Notes: a model not told the origin generated them from the sequence alone. A DNA stretch of 64,000 nucleotides from Blepharisma stoltei ATCC 30299 (GCA_965603825.1 CBFDEM010000044.1:248001-312000); one strand, 5' to 3'. Positions 34,711-48,062 are shown, numbered from the stretch's first letter. A program made the numbers and translations.

Positions 34711-36177
34711 TTAAACTATACTTTTTTCAACACGAAAATTCACATTTCTGAAGGTCATTGACATTTTTATTGGCTCTTCATTTGCAAGAGTTTCTTGTGT
34801 GCAGGGTCTAGTTCCATTTATATTATCAACTTCATAAGATTCGCTTGCAGAGTTATCTAGTTCATCAATAGTTTTATTTATAGTGACAAACTCGTCTAAC
34901 ACTTTTCTACTTTTTGTTCTTTTCAGCTGAGGCTCAGATTTGATTAGAGGTACAGGAATAGTTCTTCTGCTAAAAATAGCTATATAAAGGAAGGAAGATA
35001 GGCAAAAACAGAGAACCCCTATTAATGAAAAAGTTGGACCTTGCTCTGCACAAAATGAGATATCGGTATCTCCAGCTTGAATTTTGCAGGTTGAGCTGTA
35101 AGAAGCTCCTGAAACTATGAATCAGCTCATATTTCCACATAGATTAATAACAGTGGTTAAAATTGGCCAAAAATAATTTAAGGATACGATTCCAAAATTT
35201 ATTTTTCGCGCTAAAAATATAAGATGCTCTATTCACATTATCAATAATATATATGAAATACAAGTGAATCATAAGTAGTAATAGTTTGCAATACCTAACT
35301 TATGAAAAGCGTTGCAATTTCTAATGGAATTTGCATATTTAGGAGTTTCCTCACATCTCGGACCACTTATACACATATAATCAAGTTCATCATGCCCTTC
35401 GTATTGATTCATGCCTACTAAATTACCATAAATTTTGCTCCGACTGTGATAACTGACCCATTTTCACCCATATCCAATTCCAATAAAGCAAATTCCTAAC
35501 AAAAGGATAGGAAGCACTTTTCATGAAAACCAAGACCCATAATTTCCAAAGTTTAATGGCTCTCTTATAATTTTATCTCTGCCTTTATCTCTTGACCTTA
35601 GAATAATAATACTAGTAACCACACAAATCCATGCAACAGCATTTGACTCTATCACTAGCCAAAGGCCATTTCCACTGCATATTTCATTCTTTTCATTGCA
35701 CGTACTGCTCACACTGACTCCACTTACAAAAATATAGACCATAATACCAACAATTTGTATCCCTGCTGGGAGTACTGAAAAAGCATAAAATATCCTTATA
35801 CCTCCATATGGTCTTTTTAGGACCATATAAAATAATCTTTCAAATAGTAAGAGAGAAACAAAACTCCCGAGCGCTAAAAATACCAGTAACACCAATCGAC
35901 TTTTGCTCAAAACCACTGCCTTTTCGCAAAGGGATGATTTTTGGCTGTCGTCACATGTGAGTTCAGATAAGCAAGAATAGTTTGTGTGAGCATATTCGCT
36001 TGGGCAATCTTCACAATCAAAAAGCCCATAATTAAATTTTTGATCCATAACAGAAAATCTTGTCCAATCTGGAGACATGATCCCCACAATTAGCAGTGCT
36101 CATTCTCCAATTATTAATAATAGTGTTGAGCTTGTTAACAACGAGAGAAGGTGGATTTTTTTGAATCTTAAACCCAT
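34711..36177 (-). CDS. Polytopic membrane protein with two tandem 4-TM, Cys-loop (claudin/tetraspan-like) halves (488 aa)
   Basis: Single frame over 6 TGA; each half has TM-W...G-L...Cys loop-TM-TM-VSG..S..C...C-TM. Confidence 0.75.
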
Positions 36178-36282
36178 TTCAGTCGAAAAATTGATTATTC
36201 TCCATTAGAAATTTAAATAAAAATGCTATTTTAGTGTATTCGAAAGAAATGTGTTAGGAAAATAATTGGAATTTGTAAAAAT

Positions 36283-37968
36283 ATGAGACAAAAGCCTAAA
36301 GAAGAAAAGCCAATTCTGATGCCGTTTAGGCTAATTAGATATACACCAGCATTTGAAACACAAGTTTTAATGACGACGAGAAAAGAAAAACACATGCGTA
36401 TGGAAGCATCAAAAAAAAAGAAGCCAGAGTCAAGCAACCATTCTGACTGTGTAAGATCAAATAATGTAACTCCAAGCATGGAGACTACTAAGGCAACAGA
36501 ACAGCTGCTGAGCACTTTTAGGTCTTCTTTAAAAGATTTAGATGCAGCTCTGGTACCTACATTTGACGAAAATATTATGAGATTAAAATCAATGACACAT
36601 CGCCAATTAGCAACTGTATCACTCCCAAAACTGAAAAAGCCTTTGACCTCGAATGGAAAGCAGCTTATGTCTCAAAGATCCATTATAACTGCTATGAGTA
36701 TCCCGGGAGTTTCAGGTAGCGATCCTGTTCCAGGAGGCTATGATAGTGAAGAGTGTAAAGAATTAAAAATTTTTAAAAAAAATTTCGATCGTTTTTTTGG
36801 ATTTTGAACTATAAAGCCAACTATTGGGGAAAAACTGAATTCAAGAGAAGGCTGCCAAGGGGTTATCGTAGAAAATAAGCTGTATGTTTATGGAGGACAA
36901 AGCTGAACAAAGCACACGGATATAAAACAATTAGCTATCCCTACATGGACATGGAGACAAATAACTGCATCTTATAGTCCTCAAGGAAGACTGGGGCATA
37001 GTCTTGTAGCCTACAAAAAAAAGTTAATAGTCTACGGAGGTTGAGGAAGCCATAGAGAAAATTTAGGTCCCAGAAGATGTGCAAGCAAAGTCTACTATCT
37101 ATCTTTATCTAAGCTTAAATGGCAAAGATACAGCGGATCTGGACCTCAGCCTAATCCTAGAATGCATCACTGTGCTGCACAGCTTGGAAAACATATGATT
37201 GTTTATGGCGGAATTGATACACAAAATATAGCTACAGAGGATCTCTTTCTTTTTGACATAAAATCCAAAGAATGAAGTCTCCCTGAAGTAACTGTTGCTC
37301 AAGACCCTGGGCCGCGTTCTCATGCGAGTTTGACAGCAGTTTTCCATGAAGACTTAAAAAATATTTTCGACTTTTCCATTTTCAACATTCCTTTATTGAG
37401 GCAAGACTATATAATCCCAAACAGTGGTTTTTATCTTTTTGGAGGCCTTGACAGAGGCGGAATGCCTTGCAATAGCTTATTTGGGCTATATATTCAGCTA
37501 AATAAAATTATATGAACTGAAGTTAGTGGCTATGGAAGACCACCTCCTCCAAGATATGCCCACACTGCATGCTCAATTAATAATCTGCTGTTTATTTTTG
37601 GGGGAAGAGATGATTTTTCTCATAAGGCAGGCGAAGATATGAGTTTAAATGATCTTCATGTTTTCAATGTGGAGACTTTGATGTGGTTGAAAGTTGATAC
37701 GATGGGAACTCCACCGGCCGGAAGGTGGGGACATTGTATGGTATCGATAGCAAGCAAAGTCTTGATTTTTGGAGGCATGACCTTATCAAACTTTTTGTCA
37801 TCTGATATATATTGTTTGGAAACAAATAGAGAAGCAATAGAAGAGCTGATGAGAGAGAGTAAACGAAATGTCAAACAAGAAAGAGTTGTAGTTAGAGAGA
37901 AAACTGTGGGGAAGGAACTTAAAGGGTTTATTAGTCGTATGTCAAGTATTGAAGAGCAAGAGACGTAA
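36283..37968 (+). CDS. Kelch-repeat beta-propeller protein (561 aa)
   Basis: Repeated P..R..H...YGG/FGG...W units; several of the repeat Trp residues are TGA. Confidence 0.88.
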
Positions 37969-38241
37969 AATTTTGAACAGAATATTATGAAATATCTTTA
38001 TTATAATTATGAATTTAATTAGCAATTTTATTGAAATTGAATTTTATATTACACTGAGATTAAGGAATAGAGTAAATAATCCGTGGCTAGCTGCAATCTC
38101 TTAAGAAAAAAATTGTTTAGATAAGCTCGATACTATTACATCTCAGAGAAATTCGTGTAAAACTTTTCATATTGCAATCTTATAAAATATCCCGTTTTGA
38201 TTAATTGCTTAATAATAAAAATTTATTAATAAAAATATCAT

Positions 38242-41200
38242 ATGCAAAACCTGAGAGGGAGATCAATTGATGATTCGCCAATTCAAAGAAATTTTATTCA
38301 AAAGAATATTGAGGCTATTCAAATCTATAAGAAAAGAAGCATCACTCCTCCTCCTATTAAAATAGTTCAACCACGAAAAACCTTGCCATCTCCTATTTCA
38401 GAAAGATCCCATTTGCTAGCACCAACAATTGCTTCGTTAATGAAGAAAAGAGAAGGTCAAAAATCTGAACTTACTAAAAGTAGAAGTTCTAATAATTTGC
38501 TGACTTATAAGCCAGATCCTGCTGTTTTTAACAGAAATGATGCAGGCAAAAATCAGCGTGTAACTTTTGATAGCCCACAGCTCTATGGCGATTTTTTAAA
38601 TGAAGATCCCTCGCCTGAGCCTTCTTTAGTACCTATAAGAATCAAAAAAAGGCCAACATCACAAGATTTTATGAAGCCAATAGAAAACGGTTCTCCGAAT
38701 TTATCATTAATATTTTTACCATCAGATGATTCTCCTATTGACAATAAAAGTGACTCCAGCCAAGTACTTATGAAAAAACTAAGCAACCCAAAAAATCTTG
38801 AAATTGATACAGAGAAAATTGAAAATGAATATGCGACGCCAAAAGAATACGAGCCACTTCCAATTGAATACGTTAAACTTGACACTTTAAATTTTTACTC
38901 AAGTCATTTTTCTATCAGAGAAGCTATTGTTTCTGATATCTTGACTGGGAAAATTTTTATAAGTAAAAAAATATTAGAAGGAGGAAGCTTATTGAGAAAA
39001 TGCAAAGGCATAAGAAAGAAAAATATTGAAAAACTTGTATATGAGGTTGAGTTCAAACCAGAAACCTCTGATTGTACTCAGTGATTAGATATAAAAACGA
39101 AATTGATTTCGAAATTTAAAGGAGAAGTGTTTGATATTTTAGAAAAATTAAGCAAGAGTAATAAATTTGCACCAAAAATAATCCCATTAGAAAGAAGATC
39201 ACCAAACAGAGCTTTAAGAAAATTAGATGACCTTTCAGCAAAAATAGGAATGGTTATAGAGTCAAAGCTAAAAGCCAACAAAAAAGAAGACTGATTAAAG
39301 CAAGTAATTAGCAATGACCCAACAATTCCTGACATAACTTTAGAACTACCCCAAGAGTATACAAATTCTGATGAAATGATTGTAGATCTATTTCTCATAC
39401 TCTGAAAGCACCAAATCAAGCCTCTTTCTCCCAAAAGACTTGCTCTTTATCTAGAGCCTGACCGATTAATTCTAAAACTCCCAAAAATCCAAGACCCTCC
39501 CACAAAAATAAAAAGTATCCTTCAGCTGATTCCTCTATTAATTTTAAACCTGAAACTTAAAGAAGCAAACCACTATATAAAATCTGTCGACACTTCTTCA
39601 AAGCCAGCTAAAATATGAGAAGCATGAATTTCAATTTTATATCACGTCTATAACAATGGAAGCACTAAAGAAGCTTATTATATGCTACAATCAGTGAGCC
39701 CTTCAACAAATTATACTCTTCTGTATAAGATTGCTTGCATTTATACATTTTATTTCTCTTGCATATTTAGAGGAATTCCTAGATCAGTTAGCTATGCGAA
39801 ATCTTTAGATTTAGGTGAATGGGAAGGGATTGTTATTGCAGATTTAATGCTTAGGAGTGAAGCAAAAGACCAAGAAGAAAAAGCTGTAGAAATACTAAGA
39901 GGCATGATAGAGAACACGCCTCATTTGAGATTTTTAGCAGCATTTAGGCTATTTCAGTATTATAAAGATTACAGTTTATTACCACAGGCTTTAGAAATCG
40001 CAAACCAAAATTTAAGTTTTTTCAATGATCAGTTCAAAGACTGGAACTCGCTCTTTCAAAGTTGTGTGTTTAAAATTTTAGCTCGAAATCGAACAGAAAT
40101 CACATATAAGCCAACAGATCCTTATTTACAGTATCAAATTTCCAGACTTTCTCTAAAATATAATCTTAACACAGATATAGTTGATATCATCACTTATTTA
40201 AACACAGTCATCAAATATGGATCAATTTATAATCTTGCTAACCAGCTATTCACCTTTACATTTTGAAAATTCATTTACTTCAGAAGAGAAGGATTTCACC
40301 GAATTGCAGCGAAACTTGGGGCAACTGCACTAGATTATGAACCGCTAGACAATGATAAAATCCTTTCTATCAAAAAATATTTAGCAAAATATAATAAAGT
40401 TGCTGAAAAACTCAAACAATTAGGCAAAGCTAAAAGTCAAAATGATACGAAACTTTGTAAGGAAATTCAAGAGAATCTAGAAGATTTTGATAAAAATATG
40501 GGTCTATGCATATCGTTGCTATTAGAACTGAATACAACGCTATCTCCTCCAAAAAATATTTCTTTATGTAAGTCATTATTAAAAGTCCCGCATAAATTTG
40601 AAAATATGTTTGTTAACTGATACAATCTTTATAAAAGCAAAAAAATTAAAGAAAAGCAGTTTAAATGTTTGGATGGGCAAGAAGAAATTGATAAGAGGGA
40701 TAAGAATAATCCTTTATATGTGTTAAAAGTACATGATATTTAGAAAATTAAAAGTATGCTAGAAAGTTTTGAATTAGCAGAATCAAATTGCTTATCTTTG
40801 AAGCCAGAAGTCTTATGAATATTAGTTGGAAAAGGCTTTGGAGGAATAGAAATAATAGATTCTCTTAGGGTTATGCAAGGAAAGACTTACCTTCGAATCA
40901 ACGTATCAAGATCAGTGCAAAAACTTAAAAAAGGCACCCATAGATCTAAACCTCATCCAATCCTATACTATTATTTAGCGAAATTTCAAATAGCCCTAAT
41001 AAAGCAAACTCGCCATGCAAGTGAAGCCCAATTCAACCAAATAAATCTCTATCTAAATAGTTTCGTCTCTACAGAAAAAATGAACCCAATTTATCAGCTT
41101 AAAGTTTTGTACCTTAATGCTGAATTAGCATTTATGTGCCGAAACTATGAGTAATTTTTATTCAGACAATCTTTACGTTATTTCCAAGAATCAGAAAAAT

Positions 41201-41292
41201 ACGCCAATTCGATTTCTTCCAATTATCTGAAAATTCCTAAAAGACTGCTAAATGCTGATATAATTACTCAAAGATTACCTAAATATGAATAA
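38242..41292 (+). CDS. Large hypothetical protein (about 1006 aa): disordered N-terminus, helical/TPR-like C-terminus; two 15-nt introns
   Basis: ORFs 38242, 39103, 39682 and 40873 share one frame; the only TAG/TAA lie inside introns 40729-40743 and 41151-41165. Confidence 0.75.
40729..40743 (+). other. 15-nt intron GTACATGATATTTAG
   Basis: GT..AG, A10, in-frame TAG. Confidence 0.8.
41151..41165 (+). other. 15-nt intron GTAATTTTTATTCAG
   Basis: GT..AG, A10, in-frame TAA. Confidence 0.82.
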
Positions 41293-41315
41293 AATTTTTG
41301 AATAAAATAAATTTA

Positions 41316-42056
41316 ATGAATTTTTTAATTTTCTCAAGCTTTTCGTTTCTACTTGTGTATTCAGATAGGCTTGAAAACTCAATCACTGAAAATTTGAATG
41401 AAATTTATCAGGAAATTGCTGGGAAAGAAGAAAAAATATATGAATTTGTAGAGATTGTTTTCAAAGAAGAAGCTTTGTATAGCGGCAGACAGGTTATACT
41501 GTTGAATAATACAATGTCAGGAGAGATTTCCCTGCATTATGTGGTATATGAAAAAGAAGATGACTCAAATAAAACTGATATCATCCTGCATCAGACCCCA
41601 GATTTTGCTTACAGAGAAAGTGATATTAAGCATATCACCGAAGCAATATTTAAAGAATTTAATACCCAAGAAATTCAGTACAGTGTTTTAACGTCCCCGA
41701 AGCGTCAAACTGTAGAAATTGAGAAGGACAAAGTTTTTAAAGATATAAGCTTGGTGAACGCAATTATTTTTTATAAGAATCAGACTTTTTCTATCAATGT
41801 AATTATAGACGGAGCAAACAAATCATCGTTCCACTGACTTACACTACCAATAGATAGGAAAGAAGTCTATACCTATTCAACATCGTCTCCATTTACTCTT
41901 GCAATTATGTGCACTCTTATAGTAACTTTTATTGCTGTTTATTTTGCGCTTTTTGCTTACTGAAGGTACTCAAATAGTGTTCCGTTTACTAAATTCAGGC
42001 TATCCGACTTAAGAGCATTAATCACTACTACTCAAACAGAAAGATCTTTTAATTAA
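41316..42056 (+). CDS. Hypothetical type I membrane protein (246 aa)
   Basis: Signal-like MNFLIFSSFSFLLVYS; TM LAIMCTLIVTFIAVYFALFAY after TGA readthrough; ends TAA. Confidence 0.7.
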
Positions 42057-42320
42057 AATGTCCGAAAAAAATCACATGTGCTTCCTTGTTAATAAATATT
42101 TATTTTAAAATGTAAATTATGGACTATCTATTGAATTATTGCTAAAGCAAATAAAAATTAAAAGAAAAAGAGAAAATATTGTAGGTCTTTTAAGTTTATA
42201 TAAAAAATTAAGATAATTTTGTTAAATAAGCACAAAATCCAAGAATTAGCTTGAATAACACTTGTAAGTATCAATAATACTATTTTAAATGTCTTTAAGT
42301 TTGAAAAATTCTGATAAAAA

Positions 42321-42917
42321 ATGGGTTCGAAATCAAGTAAAGATACTCTAGATGATACCTTATTTAATCTGAGATTTGCAGGCAAAACATTAATAAAAGA
42401 ATCAGATCGAAGCCAAAAAGAAGAAAAAATAGAAAAGGATAAGGCCAAAAGAGCTTTAGAAAAAGGTCTTATTGATAACGCTAGAATAGCTGCAGAAAAT
42501 GCTATCAGAAAGAAAAATGAAGCCTTAAACTACCTAAGATTATCCTCAAAACTAGATGCAGTCGCATCCAAAATAATGTCAGCGAGCAGAACAGAAGCTA
42601 TGACTCGTCAATTTTCTCAAGTAATTCCACAAATGAACAGAGCCATGAAAAGTATGAACCTTGAGAATATAAGTGAAACAATGGGACAGTTTGAAAAGTG
42701 CTTCGAAAATTTAGACGTTGCTTCTGGATATGTTTCTGAATCATTAAATCAAACTACGACAGTGTCAACGCCAAGAGATCAGGTTGATAATTTGTTGGGA
42801 ATGATTGCAAGCGAGCATAATATTGAGGTAAGAGGGCAGCTAGGAGAAGCACCGCTGGGGATTAGCGCAAAGGAAATTGAAGAGAGTAATAAAATTGATG
42901 TCCAAAAATTGAAATAA
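42321..42917 (+). CDS. CHMP1: ESCRT-III CHMP1/Did2/Vps46
   Basis: LFNLRF..K.L...S....KEEK.EK.K.K.A..KG....ARI.AENAIRKKNEALNYLRLSSKLDAVAS. Confidence 0.92.
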   Translation: MGSKSSKDTLDDTLFNLRFAGKTLIKESDRSQKEEKIEKDKAKRALEKGLIDNARIAAENAIRKKNEALNYLRLSSKLDAVASKIMSASRTEAMTRQFSQVIPQMNRAMKSMNLENISETMGQFEKCFENLDVASGYVSESLNQTTTVSTPRDQVDNLLGMIASEHNIEVRGQLGEAPLGISAKEIEESNKIDVQKLK

Positions 42918-42923
42918 TCTAGT

Positions 42924-43814
42924 TTATTTTAGAAATCTTCTAATAACTTTGTCTTGGGATGTTTCTGTTGTTATTTTCTTTAAAATTTCTTGTTTAAACG
43001 AAGCAGATAATTGCTGTTTTGTTATTTTGTTAAGCAAAATATATGTGATTACGTCTTTGCAGCCTTGTGAAAGATCTTGATTGTCGTTATTAACGCTATT
43101 TATTATATTTTCCATTGCTTTGTTTGAAAGATAAGGGAAAAATTTTTCACAATGCTCTTGCAATATTATCTGCAAAGCAATAAGACATTTCATCAATATT
43201 TCAGCTTGATAATTTTCAATAGCAAAATTAAATATTTCAGCTAAATTTTCAAACGATACTTCTTCTTTTGTTTTTATTATTGATTTAGAAACAAGAAAAA
43301 GTAATTCAGATAATTCACTCATCAGCTCATCTGATTCTGCTTGCTCTTTATCTAGCTCATAAAAATCAATAATTTTTCGTATTGAATTAATAGTGCCACT
43401 GGTTAAGCCTTTTTCTATTTTAGATTTGTTGAGTTCGCTTCTAAATTGTTCTTTTAGCCTCTGTAAAATTATGATATGAAAATACCAATTTATGATATTG
43501 TATTCTTTTTCCTTGTCTAAAAATGAGGATATTGGAATGTCTTTTCTTTTGGAGAAAAGCATTGATATATTGCACTTATAAAGGTAAAAAAACTTCATTA
43601 ACCATGAAGAAGTGTCAATGTTTATGATTTCTAGCCCAATAACAAACACTATGTTAAAATTACACATAGAGCCAAACATCCCTGCACCGCTTACTCCGCG
43701 AATGTAGTCTCTTTTTGTAGCCTTGATATACATTTGCTTTGCTTCATAAACTTTCTTCTCATATCCAAATTCCTTTTGAAAGTGGCTTGCCCTTTGGATA
43801 ATTTTCTTTATCAT
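42924..43814 (-). CDS. Hypothetical protein (296 aa)
   Basis: Uninterrupted ATG-TAA ORF in very AT-rich DNA; helical C-terminus. Confidence 0.6.
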   Translation of the reverse strand: MIKKIIQRASHFQKEFGYEKKVYEAKQMYIKATKRDYIRGVSGAGMFGSMCNFNIVFVIGLEIINIDTSSWLMKFFYLYKCNISMLFSKRKDIPISSFLDKEKEYNIINWYFHIIILQRLKEQFRSELNKSKIEKGLTSGTINSIRKIIDFYELDKEQAESDELMSELSELLFLVSKSIIKTKEEVSFENLAEIFNFAIENYQAEILMKCLIALQIILQEHCEKFFPYLSNKAMENIINSVNNDNQDLSQGCKDVITYILLNKITKQQLSASFKQEILKKITTETSQDKVIRRFLK

Positions 43815-44430
43815 ATTAAAAACAGAAGGAAAATATTATCTGATTTATATATCTCATCAAAAAAGAATAATATATTATTAGAAATAGATGTAGATTTAAA
43901 TTCATTGTATTTATTATAAATTAAGGAATATTTATAACCTATCTTTTGAGTTACTATTGTAGATTTCTTTAAATAATATCAGTCCTCTATCTGTTAAGAA
44001 AGCTTATTTCGAAACAAAATAAATTTGTTTTAAAATTTGGATAAATGGATTATAATTTAAATTTATATCTTATTATATGGTAATTATTTATTTATGCAAT
44101 TTAAAGTAAATTAATTATCTTTAGTTATTTCATTACCACTTCTAATTAATTTTGAGTTCCCTACGCATATTTGGGAAGTGTAATTTAAAAATTTTAAATC
44201 TTTATGAGAAAAAGACATAAAATATTATAAAACCAAGCATTTGTAATAGCCAAAGATTCTAAGAAAAAGAAAATTTCTAATTTTTTAAATGCAAAAATAA
44301 AATTAATTCAATGGCTCCGTTACTTATAATTACTGTTAAAACATTAATAATAAATGATAGCAAAGATCTTTATTCAAAGTAGAATCACCTGTAAAAATTC
44401 AACTTTGCAACCAGGCTATGATAGATTTAT

Positions 44431-46488
44431 TTAAACATCAGGCTTGAAGATTTCTTGGCATTGATGATTATTTTCTTCATATATAATAGAACAAATGAAT
44501 TTTACAAACCGCTCTCCATAGTCTTCACTTCCTACAGCAGAAATATCTAACTTTGATACTCCTGGCATCACAAAAGACTTGCTTAAAGTTTCCAATCTTT
44601 TAAGTCTCCCATACGTTTGCAAAAAATCAATAATTCCAATTACATATCCTTTTCCCTTATCATTTCCAATAGCTCTAAAACTGTTTTTTACAGCCACTTC
44701 TTGATAGCTTATCCCAAGAAGCAGTGAATAGTCCATAATGTTTAATCTTGTAAATAGCTGCACATCACTATGGATTCTCTTTTTCAAAGCCAAACCATCC
44801 TCATAAGAAAGAAAAATCGATTTTTTAAGGTGAAGAAAGTCCAAGTCTTTATAAATTCTATCATTTAGAATGTCATCTATGCTTTTCACACTTACATGTG
44901 AAATTGTTTGTCTGGCAACTTTGCTACCTTTTAAGTCAAACACAGCTTGCATATTATAGCTGGGCAAAATATTTTGCATGATAATTAAATTGCATTTGGT
45001 GTTATTAAAAGAAATCGCAAAAAGGCCAAATAAGCGCGCGATCAAACTATCAGGGTTTTGTTTTATATGAGCATGATATTCAGGTAGAAGTACTTCTAGT
45101 AGCACTTTTTGTTCAGCTTTAGTTATAGTTTTGACCAAATATTTTTTATCAAAAGAAAAATAAAAGAAAGCGCTGCTTCTTCCTCCTTTATTTCCAGAAT
45201 TTTTTCTAATATATGGCAAATTTCTCATAATATCAAATGACAAGCACAATTCTGTCTCTGAAAGTCCTTCAAGACTTCTTAAATCTTTAAAGACCATTGG
45301 TGCATACTCTTTAACTTTGCATTTAAAGCTAGCCACTAAATATTCCTTACAATAAGTTTTCAACGATGGACTTATTTCTTCATTTTGGAAATCATTTCCA
45401 TCAAACGTCCATTCAACAGATTGCTGATAATAATCATCGCTGTTTAAATATTACCTTCAAGGAAGTATCATTTCTTCTTCGATATCCTCATATCGATTTT
45501 CGCTTGAAAGCACCAGCTTTAAGGAGATTATTGAATTTATAACAGCTTCGTCAAACATTGCAGAAAAAATCTGCGTATAGTCAGACTCATAAATGCTTTC
45601 TCTTGTTAATAAAGACTCATCTGCTAAAGAAACACCTGAATCCCGATGGTCACCTATCAGCTTCGCAACTGTATTTCTTCTGCTCATTTTATTAGAAAAT
45701 CCTAATCGCTTTTTTATATATCTTATAAATACAGGATCCGTTAAACGGACCGTGTTAATTGCAAGGCCAGAGGAGCAGCCAAATACCATAGCAGTTTGAT
45801 TAAATCATAGATTTTTTTCTGATAACAAGTCTTCTTGTAAAATTAAGTCCAAGCATACAGGTAGCCAAAACACTGTATAAACGATGAGGAATACTGAATG
45901 CTTGATTAAAAAGGTCTTGAAGCTCTCTGAAGTTGTTTTTGTGATTATATATATAGACATGATAGATACCACTATACTGAAAGGGTAATAAGTGAATAAA
46001 GGAATAAACATAATATTGTTTACCCATGACCCCTTTTTAATTAAACAAATTCCTATGACAGATTCCCCAGCGCTATCTAGGGAAATAACTAGAATGGCTA
46101 TAATAAGACCTATTGAATGTGTAGCAATGTGATATATGGGAGATCTCTTCCTGTAGCTGCTATCCATAGGGTTGTTGATTTTAATCAAAACTTCATGACT
46201 GAGGCATAAACTGTAGTTTCAGCTTACAAAAAAGAAATATAAGGTAATTATCCCATTTACAGAGCAAAAGATGGAACCCGGAACTTCGCTCTGAGTTCAG
46301 TACCGAAATGAAAAAAAGCTTCATTGAAAATCTACGATTGTCTGAGCAAGGGATTGTCCAAGAATAAGCATTCCTGGGTGTTTTCGCATTCCTTTTAAGA
46401 TAAAGTAAGCAGCAAGTAAAAAGAGACCTGAAATAAACGAGAGCAGGCCAAGAATTCCATATACATAACCTCCTTCTTTTGTTTCCAT
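44431..46488 (-). CDS. GPCR-PIPK fusion: 7TM receptor-like domain plus phosphatidylinositol-phosphate kinase (about 680 aa); intron 45440-45454
   Basis: N-half has multiple TM helices (MRKHPGMLI, FCSVNG, YHIATH, GICLIK); C-half has EYAPMVF..LR, GGRSSAFFYFS.D.KYLVKT, MQNI, FDLKGS, KDLD, MDYSLLLG, GIIDFLQ. One frame via TGA and one intron. Confidence 0.88.
45440..45454 (-). other. 15-nt intron GTAATATTTAAACAG
   Basis: GT..AG, A10, in-frame TAA; its removal links the 7TM and PIPK halves. Confidence 0.82.
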
Positions 46489-46555
46489 ATTATCTTTAAA
46501 CAAATTTTAAAAGTTTTATATGGATAAGTTATAATTAGTAACAAATTTAAGCAAG

Positions 46556-48028
46556 ATGGGATGTTTTGTGTCGAAAAATAATTGTCAGTCTTCTAATAAA
46601 GCCTTAGAAGAATTTCATTCAAATCCGAGTCCTCATAAAAGCGCAATTGACCCAAGTATCATTACAATGGACATCAGAAAGTTTTATGTTTTTGAAGAAA
46701 GAATCGGGAAAGGGCATTTCGGAGAAGTTTATTTAGTGCATCGTATAAATGACATCAATAAGAAATTTGCTGTAAAATCTATATCAAAGCCTCAATTCTC
46801 CACCCATAATGTTAAATATGTCAAATCAGAAATAGAAAATCTCCAAGCCTTGGATCATCCAAATATCATAAAATTATATGAAAGCTATGAAGATGATGAG
46901 CATATACACTTAGTAACTGAATACTGCTCTGGAGGGAAGTTACTTACGAAAATGAAAAAGAAACCGATTTTTACTGAAGTTGAAGCTGCAGCAATAATTA
47001 TGAAAATTTTAAGAGCAGTTAAATATTTGCATGAAAGAGGAATTTGTCATCGAGATATTAAGCCTGATAATTTCCTTCTTGAAACTGAAGCTGAAGATTC
47101 AGATATTAAGATGATTGATTTCGGACTTTCTCACAAGCTGGAAGGAAAAGTCAAGAGAATGAAATCTACTGTTGGAACGCTAAATTATGTTGCTCCAGAA
47201 GTATTGAAAGGGAATTATGGATTTAAATGTGATTTATGAAGTGTTGGCATAATAATGTTTATATTATTAACTGGAGATATGCCAATAAAAGGAAGATATC
47301 AAGCAGAAATTTTAGAAAGCTTAAGAAACTACCAGTTAAATACTGACTCTGAAGAATGAGCTCAGCTAAGTCCTTGGGCCCAAAATCTTTTAACAAATTT
47401 GTTAGAAAAAGACCCTAACAGAAGATATGATGCCCAAACTGTATTAAAGCATCAATGGCTTCAAGATAATTATAAAGTTCCTAGAAAAGCAATAGATCCC
47501 AAAATTTTTGAAGCTTTAAAAAGCAGCAAAATAACTTGTAAGTTTCAAAAAGAGGTTCTTGATTTTATCGTTAAAAATATCGACTGCGAAGAGCTTCGAG
47601 ACCTGAAAAATGCGTTTTTAGACTTAGATACAGAAAATATAGGAGCTTTAACTTTTAGCGAGCTTGAATCTGCATTGCAAACAATGAACCACTCAAATAA
47701 ATCAGAAGAAGTAAAAAGAATAATCACAAATCTCAAAGCTGAAGATAGCATGAAACTAAATTATTCTGAATTTTTGGCAGCCACTTTTAGCTCGAAATTA
47801 AAGTTTGGAAAAGAGTTATTAAAGGTAGGATTTAAGCATTTTGATAGAGATAACAAAGGGTTTATTAACGAAGAAGATATATATGAAGCTTTGAAAAGAA
47901 GTGGGAGAAAAATAAAGAAAAAAAAAGTGCATGAAATTTTTGCTGAAATTGATGCTGATGAAACAGGCAAAATCAATTTCAAACAATTTAGAAACATTTT
48001 GTTAGGAAAGAGCAGAAATCGGATTTAA
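46556..48028 (+). CDS. Calcium-dependent protein kinase (CDPK) with N-terminal MGC acylation motif
   Basis: GKGHFG, HRDIKPDN, DFG, APE, CDL(W)SVG with TGA on the invariant Trp; EF-hands DTENIG, DRDNKG, DADETG. Confidence 0.93.
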
Positions 48029-48062
48029 TTTCTAAATCTTTCTTAATTATTAGGAAAAATAA

